From Alphaproteobacteria bacterium (GTDB lineage: Bacteria > Pseudomonadota > Alphaproteobacteria > CASFRQ01 > SAAU01): 64,000 nucleotides of DNA. Below the pieces are notes generated by a model. It was not told the origin of the DNA, did no database searches, and saw nothing but the letters and a program-made list of their open reading frames with translations. Below are positions 10,601 to 20,865 of this stretch, in pieces. The stretch's first letter is position 1; every line of letters starts with the position of its first letter. The position numbers and the translations under genes were made by a program. The stretch covers positions 58,245 to 122,244 of the forward strand of contig SAAU01000001.1 in NCBI GenBank assembly GCA_009929265.1, written 5' to 3'.

Positions 10601-11066
10601 AGAAGTGGAGGAGTTTTATTCCCCGCAAATTTCGCTGGATATTCCGGTTATGATTCCAGAGGATTATTTACCTGATTTATCCCTCCGAATGGAGCTTTAT
10701 CACAGGATTTCATCTTTAGAAACCAAGGAAGAGGCGCAAGACCTTAAAGAAGAAATGGTGGATCGGTTTGGTGCGCTTCCAGAATCGGCCTTAAACCTTT
10801 TTGAAATTGTAGAGCTTAAGATTTTAGCCAAGATTGCTCATGTTGAAAAGGTGGATGTGGGACCCAAAGGGGCGGTTATTTCCTTCTATCAAAAGGTTTT
10901 CCCAAAGCCCGCCCTTTTAATTGAATTTATTCAAAATCAACTGGGGACCGTTAAGCTCAATTCAAATTATAAGCTGACGATTTTACGTTCTTGGAACACT
11001 CCAAAGGAAAGATTGATAGGGATTCGTAAATTCCTTCAACGGCTTTCCGAAATGGCGCTTAGTTAA
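7620..11066 (+). CDS. mfd: transcription-repair coupling factor
   Basis: 1148 aa. Superfamily 2 helicase motifs are present: GDVGFGKTEVA, DEEH and QLYQLKGRVGRS. A UvrB-homology N-terminal region and a TRCF C-terminal domain are also present. Confidence 0.92.
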   Translation: MLTENSKKLKLPLISGAVKGGIAFYLYRLLKKGEESLLICENDKEILYFQKLFSFIDEDASVLSFPSWDTVPYDRNSPKKEIVAERIETLLKIKELQKEGKGFILLTNVSALIQKCVPISFFEKASFILQKGKEVDLKGLKLFLASFGYEAVDKVFSEGEFSFRGNIIDIFPTGFKSPIRMDLFGDEIESLKTFDALTQRSLEETPEVMLFPVSEILMNKETLKHFRMKYRELFGVPKEQDEFYGALSEGVSIAGGEHFLPLFFPRMVSFLDYLEKGRIKAYTSTSLDETVDFHWDEINEYYEQRKIAREHPSKMEGVYNPIPPNLFFFSKEEVISQLEERETKEFSSFEVEKTKSLKSKIASVFATGRVSQKEGNVFKEVADFISKASQKVIVCAYSKESQERIIGGLFPFLPEIKKAFTFHQAFQKAPSVVVFPLENGFIEEKVIFISEGDIFGEKIQNASFTKKRGKKEFIGDISTLSQGDLIVHQSHGIGQYIGLKNINIAGESHDCIALLYAKGDKLFIPIENMDVLNKYGQERQEIALDTLGTQGWEARKGKLKKYILEIAQKLIDLEAKRKLKTVSKIYPETGFYDDFCARFPYVETHDQKTAIYDVLEDLSKGVPMDRLVCGDVGFGKTEVALRASFVAAMEGGQVALIVPTTLLARQHYLEFKRRFEGFPLRVEMLSRLVTPTKARQVKKEITAGVTNIVIGTHALLSKDVSFKNLNLLIVDEEHNFGVIHKEKLKELKEGVHILTLTATPIPRTLQMALTGVRELSLIATPPVDRLAVKTFIMPFDKVIIKEAILRELSREGQAFYVCPRISDIAGIYKELEELLPDLRIAVAHGQMKTTDLERVMSDFFDRKYDLLLSTTIIESGIDMPNVNTLIIHRADKFGLAQLYQLKGRVGRSKARGYCYLTIPPYRKVGVLAERRLSVMQSLDSLGAGFSLASHDLDIRGAGNLLGEEQSGHIQEVGIELYQKMLQEAIFSLREGKKEEVEEFYSPQISLDIPVMIPEDYLPDLSLRMELYHRISSLETKEEAQDLKEEMVDRFGALPESALNLFEIVELKILAKIAHVEKVDVGPKGAVISFYQKVFPKPALLIEFIQNQLGTVKLNSNYKLTILRSWNTPKERLIGIRKFLQRLSEMALS

Positions 11067-11079
11067 TGATTTTTAGAAA

Positions 11080-12933
11080 TTAAGAACGGTTGAAAAGCTT
11101 TTCAATATCTTTAAGTTTAAGCTCAATATACGTTGGCCGGCCGTGGATACATTCACCTGCAAAATTGTTTTGTTCCATTTCACGGAGTAAGGCGTTCATA
11201 TCATTAAGGGAAAGTTCACGTCCTGCACGGATAGATCCATGACAAGACATACTGGCCAAAATATCCTTGATACGTTCTTTTAAGGCAAAAGCGGTTTTTG
11301 TCTCTTCCAAAATTTCGGCAATGTCTTTAGTTAGCGCTTTGATATCAGATTGCTTCAAAAGGGCGGGGATTTCACGAACCATAACGGCATTTTGCCCAAA
11401 CCGGTCATAGGAAAAGCCTAGTTTTTGCATTTCTTCTTTATGGTGACAAAGGGCCTCTACCTCACTTTCTGTAAGGTCGACAACCTCTGGAATAAGTAAA
11501 AGTTGAGTTTTGATTTGCTCGGTATAGGCTTTTTGAAGCTTTTCATAAGTAAGGCGTTCATGGCTGGCGTGTTGATCCACAAGGATAAAACCGTCTTGTG
11601 TTTGCGAAATGATATATGTTTTTTGGATTTGAGCCTTTGCAAAGCCCAAAGGGGGAAAGGCGTTCTCTTTTGAAGAAGGATAGTTCTCCTCGGGTATAAG
11701 AGGAAAAGGCGTTTTTACCGAAAATCCATTTTCAAGATCTAAAGGGGTTTGGCGAAACTCTGTATTTACAGAATCTTCAAATGTGTTTGTTCCTTGAGGG
11801 GGATTTTGCCCTTGAAAAGAGCTTGGATTAAAGGAATTTCTTGAAAAGGAAGAAGGGCCTCGACTGCTTGAATAGGATGGGTAAGAATTGTGTTCAATAT
11901 TCTTTGAAAGACTTTCAAGAGCGCCAATTCCAAGCGTGGTAGATGTTCGATGCCCTGCCGTTGCCAGCGCCTGTTTTAACGCACCGATAAGAAGGCCTCA
12001 GACGGAAGCTTCCTTTTGAAAGCGCACTTCTGTCTTTGCAGGGTGGACATTCATATCAATCTCTTGATGCGGAATATCTAAATAAAGAACGGCAATTGGG
12101 AAACGCCCTTGGAAAAGAAGGCCTTGATAGGCGGCCTTTAGAATGCCGTAGAGCATCTTATCCTTAATTGCGCGACCGTTGACAATGAAATACTGATCTT
12201 TTGACGTGGCACGCGTATAGGTCGGAATGGAGATAAAGCCTTTAAGGCTCATCCCGTCTCGTGTGGCTTTAATGTCTAAGGTGTTTTCCATGAAAGAGGC
12301 GTCAATAATATCCCGTGCTCGTTCTTTCAACGACGGGGCTTTAGGAAAGAAAAACAGCTTTTTCTTTTCGTTAAAAAGGGTAAAGCTGACCTCAGGATAG
12401 GCAAGAGCGATTTTATAGATAACCTCTTTTGAAGCCAAAAGCTCAGATATGTCGGATTTTAGGAACTTTAAGCGGGCAGGGAGGTTGTAAAACAAATCCC
12501 GCATTTGAATAAGGGTTCCTTTGGCGTGTGCCGTGGGGGTGATTTCGCTTTTCTTTCCCGCATTAACTTCCAAAGAAAGGCCTGTTTCCTCGGCCTCTGC
12601 CTTTGTTGTGATTTTAAGGTGGGAAACAGCGCCGATAGAGGCCAAAGCTTCTCCGCGGAACCCTAAAAAGTTAATATTAAACAAATCATCTGTTGGAAGT
12701 TTAGAGGTAGCGTGACGCTCCACAGAAAGAAAGAGCTCTTCTTTATTCATCCCTTTTCCATCGTCTGAAATAGATAACAGGCGTTTTCCCCCTTCAATAA
12801 GGGTGATTTCGATATTCTTAGCTTCCGCATCAATGGCGTTTTCAATCAATTCTTTAAGGGCGGAAGAAGGCCGTTCAATGACCTCTCCAGCTGAGATTTG
12901 ATTGATAAGATGTGGGGGAAGCAAGCGTATCAT
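11080..12933 (-). pseudogene. mutL: DNA mismatch repair protein MutL, interrupted by one in-frame TGA at 11998-12000
   Basis: The N-terminal ORF (12933-11998) is the GHKL ATPase domain, with motifs such as QISAGEVIERP and HPAKTEVRF. The C-terminal ORF (11649-11080) is the dimerisation domain, with VDQHASHERL. I translated the minus strand from 11649 up to 12000 by hand in the same frame. It stays open through a Ser/Pro/Asn-rich linker until the TGA, which is also the stop codon of the N-terminal ORF. That makes 618 codons in one frame with a single nonsense codon. Confidence 0.75.
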
Positions 12934-12992
12934 TTTATAAAATCCTTTTGCTTTTACAATAAGTTAAAATAAATACTTAATCTAAAAAACAA

Positions 12993-14603
12993 CTACCCTC
13001 TTCGCGTACGGACCCGTTCAATAAGGGCGTTTGTTGACGCATCATGGGCGAGGGGTTTTTCTTTATCTTCAATTTCAGGCAAGATGTTTTTGGCCAGTTG
13101 CTTTCCAAGTTCAACCCCCCATTGATCATAACTATCTACATTAAAAAGAACCCCTTCAACGAAGATTTTATGTTCATAAAGAGCAATCAAGCGCCCCAAA
13201 GCATGAGGTGTCATTTTATCAAAAAGAATGCTATTTGTTGGGCGATTTCCGTCAAAAACGCGATGTTGTAATTGATGAGCTGGAGTGCCTTCTTCTTGAA
13301 CCTCAGCAAGGGTTTTGCCTTTCATTAAAGCCTCTGTTTGCGCTAAGAAATTTGAAAGCAAGACATTTTGGTGATTTTCAAGCTCATTTTGTGAAAAGAT
13401 AGAAGCAATAAAATCACACGGAATAAGGTGTGTGCCTTGATGAATTAGCTGATAGAAAGAATGTTGCCCATTTGTTCCAGGTTCCCCAAATAAAATGGCG
13501 CCTGTGGGGGAAGTGACCTTCTTTCCCTCTTTTGTAATGCTTTTTCCATTACTTTCCATAGAAGCCTGTTGAAGATAGGCAGGCAAGCGTTCCAAATATT
13601 GATCATAAGGAAGGACAGCCGTTGTTTCAGCTTTATAAAAAGTGATATAGAAATAGCTTAAAAGGCCAAGGATAACAGGAATGTTTTTTTCAAACGGTGC
13701 GTTTTGGAAATGAATATCCATTTCATAGGCCCCTTTTAGGAAGTCCATAAAGTTTTCATATCCAATGGCAATCATAATAGAAAGCCCAATGGCGGACCAA
13801 AGGGAATAGCGTCCCCCTACAAAATCCCAAAATTCAAACATATTTTCAGCATCAATTCCAAACTTTACAACAGCTTCCTTGTTTGTTGAAAGGGCCACAA
13901 AATGAGAAGAAATTGCTTTTTCATCTCCGTTAAACGCCGCCAAAAGCCATTTTTTAGCAGAAGTTGCGTTCATCATGGTTTCTTGGGTTGTAAAGGTTTT
14001 AGAGGCCACCAAAAATAAGGTTGTTTCAGGACTTAAATCCTTAAGCGTTTCGACCATATCTGTTGAATCAACATTTGAAATAAAGTGGAAATTCAAATGA
14101 GCAGGTTTGTATTTCTTTAGCGCCTTCACCACCATAACGGGGCCCAAATCTGATCCCCCAATTCCGATATTCACAACATCGGTAAAAGGTTTTCCGGTAT
14201 AGCCCTTAAAGGTGCCATTGCGGACAGAATCAGAAAAGTGGTGCATTTTTTCCCGAACGCGGTTGATTTCAGGCATAACATCCACATCCTCAACAAAAAT
14301 AGGCTTTTTTGAAAGATTCCTTAAAGCGGTATGTAAAACGGCACGCTGTTCTGTTGTATTTATTTTTTCCCCAGAAAACATTGCTTTAATGGCTCTCTCT
14401 AGTTTTTTTTCTTTAGCCAATTCAATTAAACAAGAAAACGTTTCATCCGTTATTCTGTTTTTTGAAAAATCAACAAGCATATCATCAAGTTCAAGATGAA
14501 ATTTTTCAAAGCGATTCTTATCCTCTTGAAAAAGAGTTTTCATTTCTAGGTTTTTTGTTTGATTAAAATTTTTTTCTAGTTTTTCAAAAGCAGGATGTGT
14601 CAT
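12993..14603 (-). CDS. pgi: glucose-6-phosphate isomerase
   Basis: 536 aa. The PGI signatures [11 protein letters not shown] and the sugar-isomerase family core are present. Confidence 0.9.
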   Translation of the reverse strand: MTHPAFEKLEKNFNQTKNLEMKTLFQEDKNRFEKFHLELDDMLVDFSKNRITDETFSCLIELAKEKKLERAIKAMFSGEKINTTEQRAVLHTALRNLSKKPIFVEDVDVMPEINRVREKMHHFSDSVRNGTFKGYTGKPFTDVVNIGIGGSDLGPVMVVKALKKYKPAHLNFHFISNVDSTDMVETLKDLSPETTLFLVASKTFTTQETMMNATSAKKWLLAAFNGDEKAISSHFVALSTNKEAVVKFGIDAENMFEFWDFVGGRYSLWSAIGLSIMIAIGYENFMDFLKGAYEMDIHFQNAPFEKNIPVILGLLSYFYITFYKAETTAVLPYDQYLERLPAYLQQASMESNGKSITKEGKKVTSPTGAILFGEPGTNGQHSFYQLIHQGTHLIPCDFIASIFSQNELENHQNVLLSNFLAQTEALMKGKTLAEVQEEGTPAHQLQHRVFDGNRPTNSILFDKMTPHALGRLIALYEHKIFVEGVLFNVDSYDQWGVELGKQLAKNILPEIEDKEKPLAHDASTNALIERVRTRRG

Positions 14604-14631
14604 TTAAAAAAGTTCCTTTAACATTAAGTAG

Positions 14632-14775
14632 TTATTTTATAGTTGGTTTTAAGTCATAGTCTGGCGGAATGAGAAGTTGTTCATCGGTTGTCATTTTATC
14701 CCTTTCGACAAGAGGGGAAAGGGTGCAAGCTGTTGCCAAGAAAAGAAGAGCGAGCATTAAAAAGAGTTTTTTCAT
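14632..14775 (-). CDS. small putative lipoprotein (47 aa) directly downstream of lspA
   Basis: The ORF-track threshold missed it, so I translated it by hand as MKKLFLMLALLFLATAC|TLSPLVERDKMTTDEQLLIPPDYDLKPTIK. The signal peptide has a lipobox-like LATAC. The RBS AAGGAAA sits 7 nt upstream. The start is 13 nt after the lspA stop. Confidence 0.35.
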   Translation of the reverse strand: MKKLFLMLALLFLATACTLSPLVERDKMTTDEQLLIPPDYDLKPTIK

Positions 14776-14788
14776 AAGTAAATTTCCT

Positions 14789-15247
14789 TTATTTATTTTC
14801 GGCGTGTTCTTTTAGAAAAACGTGCAATAAAAACAAGCCCACCCCAAGAACGATAAAGCTATCTGCAAAGTTAAAAGCTGGCCAATGAAGGCTTCCTAAG
14901 TGAAAATCCAAAAAATCGACAACAGAGCCGATTCTTAATCTATCTATAATATTGCCAATGCCTCCTGCTAAAATGAAAATTAAGGAGATTTTGCCAGCTT
15001 TCGAATTCTCTTTCAAAAAGAAAATAAAAACAGAGATTAAAATTAAAGCGGAAAATAAAGAAAGTAGCAAAGAATGTCCTGGCTTATCTGAGGCAAAAAG
15101 GGAAAAGCTGACCCCTTTGTTTAAAGTGAAAACAAGGTTGAAATACTCATTGATTCTCATAGGAAGAGTGACTTGTTTCGCCAAAATCCAAAGCTTTGAG
15201 ACTTGGTCAAGGCCTAGGGTTAAAAGGAATAAAAACAAATAGCGCAT
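14789..15247 (-). CDS. lspA: lipoprotein signal peptidase II
   Basis: The ORF has four predicted TM segments plus the LspA motifs FNFADSFI and NLVFTLNKGVSF. The ATG at 15247 (MRYLFLFL) is preferred because AAGGAG sits 9 nt upstream. The ORF-track start at 15268 is a GTG. Confidence 0.85.
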   Translation of the reverse strand: MRYLFLFLLTLGLDQVSKLWILAKQVTLPMRINEYFNLVFTLNKGVSFSLFASDKPGHSLLLSLFSALILISVFIFFLKENSKAGKISLIFILAGGIGNIIDRLRIGSVVDFLDFHLGSLHWPAFNFADSFIVLGVGLFLLHVFLKEHAENK

Positions 15248-15422
15248 CTTAAATTTCTCCTTATACACACAAGATGAAAATATAAACTGGCCCTATTCTA
15301 TTTTAATATTTTAAATTCGTAAAGGGCTTTTTTCGCCTTTCTTTAAGATAAAAGAGCTTGATTTTTTTTCGAAATACCTTTATTTTTAAGAAAATTAAGA
15401 ACATAACTTGAATGGGATAAAA

Positions 15423-17174
15423 ATGAATATTTTTACTAAATTAAAAGAAGACATTGAAGATCTTCTAAAATCAGAAATTAAAAAGGGGACTTTTGAGGCA
15501 ATAGAAGAAGATTTATTGTCTCGTTTTTCTGTAGAGCCGCCTCGGGATGCCTCTTTTGGGGATATGTCTACAAACGTGTGTTTGGTGCTTGCTTCTCGTT
15601 TTCATAAAAAGCCTTTCGAAATGGCCGAAATTTTAATGGAAAAGTTAAAAGCCTTTCCTGATATTGAATCTGTTGAAAAAGCAGGGGCAGGATTTCTAAA
15701 TATGCGTATGAAACCCCAATTTTGGGCTAAGCAATTAGAGGAAATCTTAAAAGAAGGAAGCGCTTATGGGGAAAGCTTTATTGGAAATAATGAAAAAGTA
15801 AATATTGAGTTTACGTCCGCAAATCCAACAGGGCCGCTTCATGTAGGGCATGCACGGGGAGCCATTTTTGGGGATTGTTTATCCTCTTTGCTTCAAAAAG
15901 TAGGCTATGATGTGACGCGTGAATACTACATCAATGATGCAGGGGCTCAAGTTGCAAAGCTTGCTAAATCCACTTATCTGAGATATTTGGAAGCTTTAGG
16001 GGAAAAAATTGATGAAATTCCAGAAGGGCTTTATCCTGGGGAATACTTAAAAGATGTTGGGGCCCTTATTGTTCAAGAAGATGGCGAAAAATGGAAAAAT
16101 GCCTCTGAAGAGGAATATTTGCCTTATTTCAAAAAGAAGACTATTCATGAGATGATGCGCCTTATTAAGACAGATTTGGAGCTTGCAGGGATTAAATTTG
16201 ATGTTTTTTCTTCGGAAAAAAAGATAGCAGAATCAGGTCAAGTTGATAAGGTTATGAAAATCTTAACCGACAAAGGGTTGGTTTATGAAGGGGAATTGCC
16301 TCCTCCAAAAGGGTTGAAAAGTGACGAAGATTGGGAACCCCACAAAATGACGATTTTCAAATCTACTGAATTTGGAGATGAAGTGGATCGTCCCCTTAAA
16401 CGGGCAGATGGGTCCTATACCTATTTTACGCCAGATATTGGATACCAACTTAACAAATACGAACGTGGATTTAAAAAGCTCATTATGGTTTTAGGGGCCG
16501 ATCATGCCGGCTATGTTGCCAGAATGAAAGCGGCCGTTAAAGCTGTCACAGAAGGAAAAGCCTCTATCGATTTTGAATTGGGTCAAATGATTAACTTTTC
16601 AGAAAACGGTGTTCCAATGAAAATGTCAAAGCGGGCAGGGACCTTGGTTTGGTTTAGAGATTTGCTCAATGATGTTGGCAAAGATGTGACACGGTTTTAT
16701 ATGATGACTCGTAAAAATGATTCTCAGTTGGAGTTTGACTTGGTCAAGGTGAAAGAGCAATCCAAAGATAATCCTGTATTCTATGTTCAATATGCTCACG
16801 CGCGGGCCGCGTCTGTTAGAAAAAAAGCAGAAAATTTCTTTAACACAAAAGCAGATGAATTTATTAAAGACGCTGACTTATCTTTATTGGGCGAAGAAGA
16901 AATTGCCCTTGTTAAACGGTTGGCCACTTGGCCACGTCAGGTTGAAATGGCCGCAAGTGTTTATGAACCCCATCGGTTGTCTTATTTCTTATATGATGTG
17001 GCCTCTGATTTCCATTCGCTTTGGAACTTAGGCAGAACAGATGAAACAAAACGCTTTATTGATGAGGGAAATGTTGACCTTACAAAAGCAAGAATCGCCC
17101 TTGTTTTAGGGATGATGAATGTGATTGCATCTGGTCTTCAGATTTTTGGTGTGACCCCCGCAGAGGAGATGTAA
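15423..17174 (+). CDS. argS: arginyl-tRNA synthetase
   Basis: Class I HIGH-type motif reads PTGPLHVGHARG. The KMSKR-equivalent reads MKMSKRAG. A DALR anticodon-binding C-terminus is present. The ATG at 15423 is preferred because the track start at 15408 is a TTG. Confidence 0.9.
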   Translation: MNIFTKLKEDIEDLLKSEIKKGTFEAIEEDLLSRFSVEPPRDASFGDMSTNVCLVLASRFHKKPFEMAEILMEKLKAFPDIESVEKAGAGFLNMRMKPQFWAKQLEEILKEGSAYGESFIGNNEKVNIEFTSANPTGPLHVGHARGAIFGDCLSSLLQKVGYDVTREYYINDAGAQVAKLAKSTYLRYLEALGEKIDEIPEGLYPGEYLKDVGALIVQEDGEKWKNASEEEYLPYFKKKTIHEMMRLIKTDLELAGIKFDVFSSEKKIAESGQVDKVMKILTDKGLVYEGELPPPKGLKSDEDWEPHKMTIFKSTEFGDEVDRPLKRADGSYTYFTPDIGYQLNKYERGFKKLIMVLGADHAGYVARMKAAVKAVTEGKASIDFELGQMINFSENGVPMKMSKRAGTLVWFRDLLNDVGKDVTRFYMMTRKNDSQLEFDLVKVKEQSKDNPVFYVQYAHARAASVRKKAENFFNTKADEFIKDADLSLLGEEEIALVKRLATWPRQVEMAASVYEPHRLSYFLYDVASDFHSLWNLGRTDETKRFIDEGNVDLTKARIALVLGMMNVIASGLQIFGVTPAEEM

Positions 17175-17176
17175 AG

Positions 17177-18487
17177 ATGAAAGAGGATCTTGACGATTTA
17201 AGCTTTAAAGACGATGAATTTGATTCTTTTGAAACGTTTAAAAAAGAAGGAAATAAACCTCCTGAATTTGATTTTAAAACTGTAAAAGAAAATCATTCGG
17301 ACGAATTTTTTGAATTTTCTATTCCTAAAGAAGAAGAGGAAGAAGATGAAGACGAAGAAGAAGAGTTTGTCCAAAATCCTAAATTTAAAGAGTCTATTAA
17401 ATCGCCAAGTTTCTTAAATGAAAAGGAAAGAAATCTTAACGAAGAAGATTTTTCTGATTTTCAAAAAGAGTTTTTCTCTGATGAAGAGGAAGAAATTGCT
17501 CCTGAATTTTTAAAAGAAGAAAATGAAAGTGAAGTGTCTTCTTTAAGGGCTTCTTTGGAAGAAAAAATCGCTTCAAAGCCTTTGTTTAGCGAAGGGAAAA
17601 ACAAAACGGAAATGGGAATGGAAGATGAAATTGAAATTCCTGAGGGGCTCAGAATAACCGAATCAAAATCAACGGAAACAAAAACGGTTCGCAAAGTTAT
17701 CTTTATTCTTTTTGCGCTCTTTGTCCTTATAGCTGTTTTTTATCGATTAAATAGGAAAGTTGATGAAACAAAATATCCTGTTTTTATCAAAGCAGATGAA
17801 ATTCCATTTAAGGAAAGACCTGTTGATAAAGGGGGACTTTATATTCCAAATCAGGATAAAAAAGTCTATCAGCTTTTAGATAAGAAAAAAGAAGAGCTTC
17901 AAATTGAACATACCGCTCCAACAACAGAGGATCCAAAGGAACCTATCGCTTTGGAAGAAGTTAAAAATTCTGAAGATGTTGAAAAGTTGATTAAAGAAGA
18001 AACATATGGCCGTAAAGAGGAAGCGCCACAAATTGTGGTTTCCGATGAAATGCCTTTAGAGGTTCTTCCCTTAAAACCCGTTCAAAAGAAAGTTCAAAAA
18101 AAGGCTCCAACGCCTCCAAAAGTCAAAGAAATTCCAACAAAAAAAGGACTTCTTTTAGATTCAAAAAAGGCGACTGAAAAAGAGGCTTTGAAAAAAAACA
18201 ACTCTCAGGTAAAAAAACAAGCTTTGAAAAAGACTGGAAAAGCTTTTGCTGTGCAGCTTTTGTCAGCCCAAAATGAAAAGGCCGTTGAAAAAGCTTGGGA
18301 GAATATTCTTAAAAAGCAAAAGCAAATCCTTTCTAAATATTCCCACCGCGTTAAAAAAGTCAAAATTGGTAAAAATACCTTTTACCGCTTGCTTATCGGG
18401 AATTTTAGAGCAAGAACAGAAGCCCTTTCGTTATGTAAAAAGTTAAAGGCTCATAAGCAGTCTTGCGTTCTTTCTGTTTTAGAGTAG
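17177..18487 (+). CDS. SPOR-domain protein with acidic N-terminus and a single TM helix
   Basis: The C-terminal roughly 80 aa read KAFAVQLLSAQNEKAVEKAW...YRLLIGNFRARTEALSLCKKLK, which matches the SPOR (peptidoglycan-binding) domain. A TM segment reads VIFILFALFVLIAVF. The N-terminal region is E/D-rich. Confidence 0.65.
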   Translation: MKEDLDDLSFKDDEFDSFETFKKEGNKPPEFDFKTVKENHSDEFFEFSIPKEEEEEDEDEEEEFVQNPKFKESIKSPSFLNEKERNLNEEDFSDFQKEFFSDEEEEIAPEFLKEENESEVSSLRASLEEKIASKPLFSEGKNKTEMGMEDEIEIPEGLRITESKSTETKTVRKVIFILFALFVLIAVFYRLNRKVDETKYPVFIKADEIPFKERPVDKGGLYIPNQDKKVYQLLDKKKEELQIEHTAPTTEDPKEPIALEEVKNSEDVEKLIKEETYGRKEEAPQIVVSDEMPLEVLPLKPVQKKVQKKAPTPPKVKEIPTKKGLLLDSKKATEKEALKKNNSQVKKQALKKTGKAFAVQLLSAQNEKAVEKAWENILKKQKQILSKYSHRVKKVKIGKNTFYRLLIGNFRARTEALSLCKKLKAHKQSCVLSVLE

Positions 18488-18491
18488 AAAA

Positions 18492-19163
18492 ATGGAACAG
18501 ATTTTATTTAAAGCATCCACATGGATTTTGCCTGTTTTATTTTCAATTATTGGGCATGAGATTTCTCATGGGATGATGGCTTTTTGGTTGGGAGATAAAA
18601 CGGCTTACAATAGAGAGAGGCTTTCTATTAACCCCATAAAACATATTGATAAAGTGGGAACGATTATCTTGCCTTTGCTTTTATTTTTATCAAATGCGGG
18701 GGTTGTTTTTGGTTGGGCAAAACCTGTCCCTGTTAATTTTTCAAATTTAAAACACCCCAAACGAGACACCTTTTTGGTGGCTTTAGCAGGACCTTTATTT
18801 AATTTCTTATTGGCAATCCTATGTTTTTTAGGGATTTTTTTCCTAGGAAAACCATCAACTTTTTTGCCGTTATGGGTTTATTTTAATCTTTTAAATACGT
18901 CTATGCTTTCTTTGGGACTGATGGCCTTTAACCTGTTTCCTTTGCTTCCTTTGGATGGAGGACGGATGTTGGGGGCTGTTCTTCCCCAAAAAATGGAAAT
19001 TAAATATGCTAAAACAGAAAAATATGGTTTTTTACTGCTTCTTATTTTGCTTTTCGTGCTCCCTTATTTAGGGGTAAATTTAATTGGGCTTTTTGCTAAA
19101 TTTATTTTACAAAACGTCTTAAGTGGGATAAACTTCCTGTTATTGATATTTTTGAAAGGATAA
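18492..19163 (+). CDS. site-2 protease (peptidase M50) family membrane metalloprotease
   Basis: An HExxH motif (HEISHG) sits inside a TM helix. An LPLDGG motif and multiple further TM helices are present. The protein is 223 aa. Confidence 0.55.
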   Translation: MEQILFKASTWILPVLFSIIGHEISHGMMAFWLGDKTAYNRERLSINPIKHIDKVGTIILPLLLFLSNAGVVFGWAKPVPVNFSNLKHPKRDTFLVALAGPLFNFLLAILCFLGIFFLGKPSTFLPLWVYFNLLNTSMLSLGLMAFNLFPLLPLDGGRMLGAVLPQKMEIKYAKTEKYGFLLLLILLFVLPYLGVNLIGLFAKFILQNVLSGINFLLLIFLKG

Positions 19164-19167
19164 AAAA

Positions 19168-20433
19168 ATGTATGACATAAAATGGATTCGTGAAAATCCA
19201 GAACTTTTTGATAGAGCCTTAAAACGGCGTGGGTTAGAAGCCCTTTCGGCTCAAGTTCTTGAAATGGATAAGAAAAACAGAGCTTTTCAGACTTCCTATC
19301 AAGATTTACAATCAAAAAGAAATACACTTTCAAAACAAATTGGACTTTTAAAAAAAGAGGGTAAAGATGCTTCTCAAGTTTTGGCAGAAGTTGCAGATCT
19401 CAAATCCCAAATGGAAGAAATCCAAAAAACAGATGACGATTTAGCTTTAGAGCTAAAAACACTTTTAGGATCTCTTCCTAATGTGCCGTCTGATGAATCT
19501 CCTGATGGGGCAGAAGAAAATGCGATAGAACTTCGTAAAGTTGGAACGAAAAAAGAATTTTCATTTAAGCCTTTGGAGCATTTCGAATTAGGCGAAAAAC
19601 TTCAAATGATGGATTTTGAACAAGCGGCTGTTATTTCTGGAGCGCGTTTTGTATTGCTTAAAGGGGCCTTGGCTCGCCTAGAGAGAGCTTTAGGGCAATT
19701 TATGCTTGATATGCACACAGAAAAGCATGGTTATACAGAAATGGAAGTGCCTCTTTTAGTAAAAGATGCGGCTGCTTTTGGAACAGGAAATTTACCTAAA
19801 TTTTCGGAAGATTTATTTAAGACAACAACAGGGTTTTGGCTTATTCCAACGGCTGAAACATCTTTGACAAACGTGGTAAATAGTTGCGTTGTTGAGGAAG
19901 ATACTCTTCCTATCAGAATAACGGCTTTAACGCCTTGTTTCCGTTCGGAAGCAGGGTCTGCCGGACGAGATACGCGTGGAATTATTCGTCAACATCAATT
20001 TTATAAGGTTGAAATGGTCAGCATTGTAAAACCAGAAGATTCTTATACTGAGTTGGAACGGATGACCTCTTCAGCAGAAGATATATTAAAGGCGTTAGGG
20101 CTTTCTTATCGTGTGATTTCTTTGACAGCTCAAGATATGAGTTTCTGTTCTCATAGAACATACGATTTGGAGGTTTGGCTTCCAGGTCAAGGCAAATATC
20201 GTGAGATTTCAAGCTGTTCAAACTGTGGGGAATTTCAAGCAAGACGAATGAATGCGAGATTTAAACCTAAAGGGCAAAAAGGAACCGAATTTGTTCACAC
20301 ATTAAATGGGTCAGGTTTGGCTGTTGGACGGACTTTAGTTGCCGTGATGGAAAATTATCAACAAGAAGATGGATCTATTGTTGTGCCAGAAGTTTTGCGG
20401 CCGTATATGAATGGAATTGAGGTCATTAAATAA
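19168..20433 (+). CDS. serS: seryl-tRNA synthetase
   Basis: 421 aa with an N-terminal coiled-coil arm and class II aaRS motifs. The C-terminal end reads [18 protein letters not shown]. Confidence 0.9.
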   Translation: MYDIKWIRENPELFDRALKRRGLEALSAQVLEMDKKNRAFQTSYQDLQSKRNTLSKQIGLLKKEGKDASQVLAEVADLKSQMEEIQKTDDDLALELKTLLGSLPNVPSDESPDGAEENAIELRKVGTKKEFSFKPLEHFELGEKLQMMDFEQAAVISGARFVLLKGALARLERALGQFMLDMHTEKHGYTEMEVPLLVKDAAAFGTGNLPKFSEDLFKTTTGFWLIPTAETSLTNVVNSCVVEEDTLPIRITALTPCFRSEAGSAGRDTRGIIRQHQFYKVEMVSIVKPEDSYTELERMTSSAEDILKALGLSYRVISLTAQDMSFCSHRTYDLEVWLPGQGKYREISSCSNCGEFQARRMNARFKPKGQKGTEFVHTLNGSGLAVGRTLVAVMENYQQEDGSIVVPEVLRPYMNGIEVIK

Positions 20434-20450
20434 TTTTTAAGTGAGGTGAA

Positions 20451-20849
20451 ATGAAGGGGGTAAAAGAACTTTTTTTTCCTGTTATTGGAGATTATCGAGG
20501 AAATTTAATTGCCCTTGAAGGGAATAAAGATATTCCTTTTGAAGTTAAGCGTGTTTATTATATTTTTGATAATAAACACGATCTTGTTCGTGGAAAACAT
20601 GCTCATTATAACTTAAAACAGGTTATTTTCTGCCCCTCTGGACAATGTGATTTTATGCTTGATAATGGGGAAGAAAAAAAGACAATTACGCTTTCTTCTC
20701 CAGATAAAGCTATCTATATTGAAGGAAATGTTTGGCGAGAATTTACAAACTTTTCAAAAGGGTGTGCCGTCGTAGTTTTGGCGTCCGAACACTATGATGA
20801 AAGTGATTATATTCGAAATTATGATGATTTTATAAAAGCAGTTAAATAG
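20451..20849 (+). CDS. FdtA/WxcM-like cupin; putative dTDP-6-deoxy-3,4-keto-hexulose isomerase
   Basis: 132 aa with a small cupin fold. An HAH dyad (GKHAHYNL) matches the FdtA catalytic histidines. It sits next to the glycan cluster. Confidence 0.55.
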   Translation: MKGVKELFFPVIGDYRGNLIALEGNKDIPFEVKRVYYIFDNKHDLVRGKHAHYNLKQVIFCPSGQCDFMLDNGEEKKTITLSSPDKAIYIEGNVWREFTNFSKGCAVVVLASEHYDESDYIRNYDDFIKAVK

Positions 20850-20865
20850 GTCATCATTTAATTTA

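Noticed and set aside
11998-12000. Possibility that the in-frame TGA in mutL reflects UGA=Trp recoding, as in some reduced symbiont genomes
   Set aside because: Long conserved genes in the window (mfd 1148 aa, gyrA 939 aa, hydA) are uninterrupted. Trp is encoded by TGG in conserved positions, for example TSCCPAW in hydA. TGA also terminates several genes here (GT2 at 20866, mltA at 50911, terminase at 36203). So the genetic code looks standard and the mutL TGA is a genuine stop or an error.
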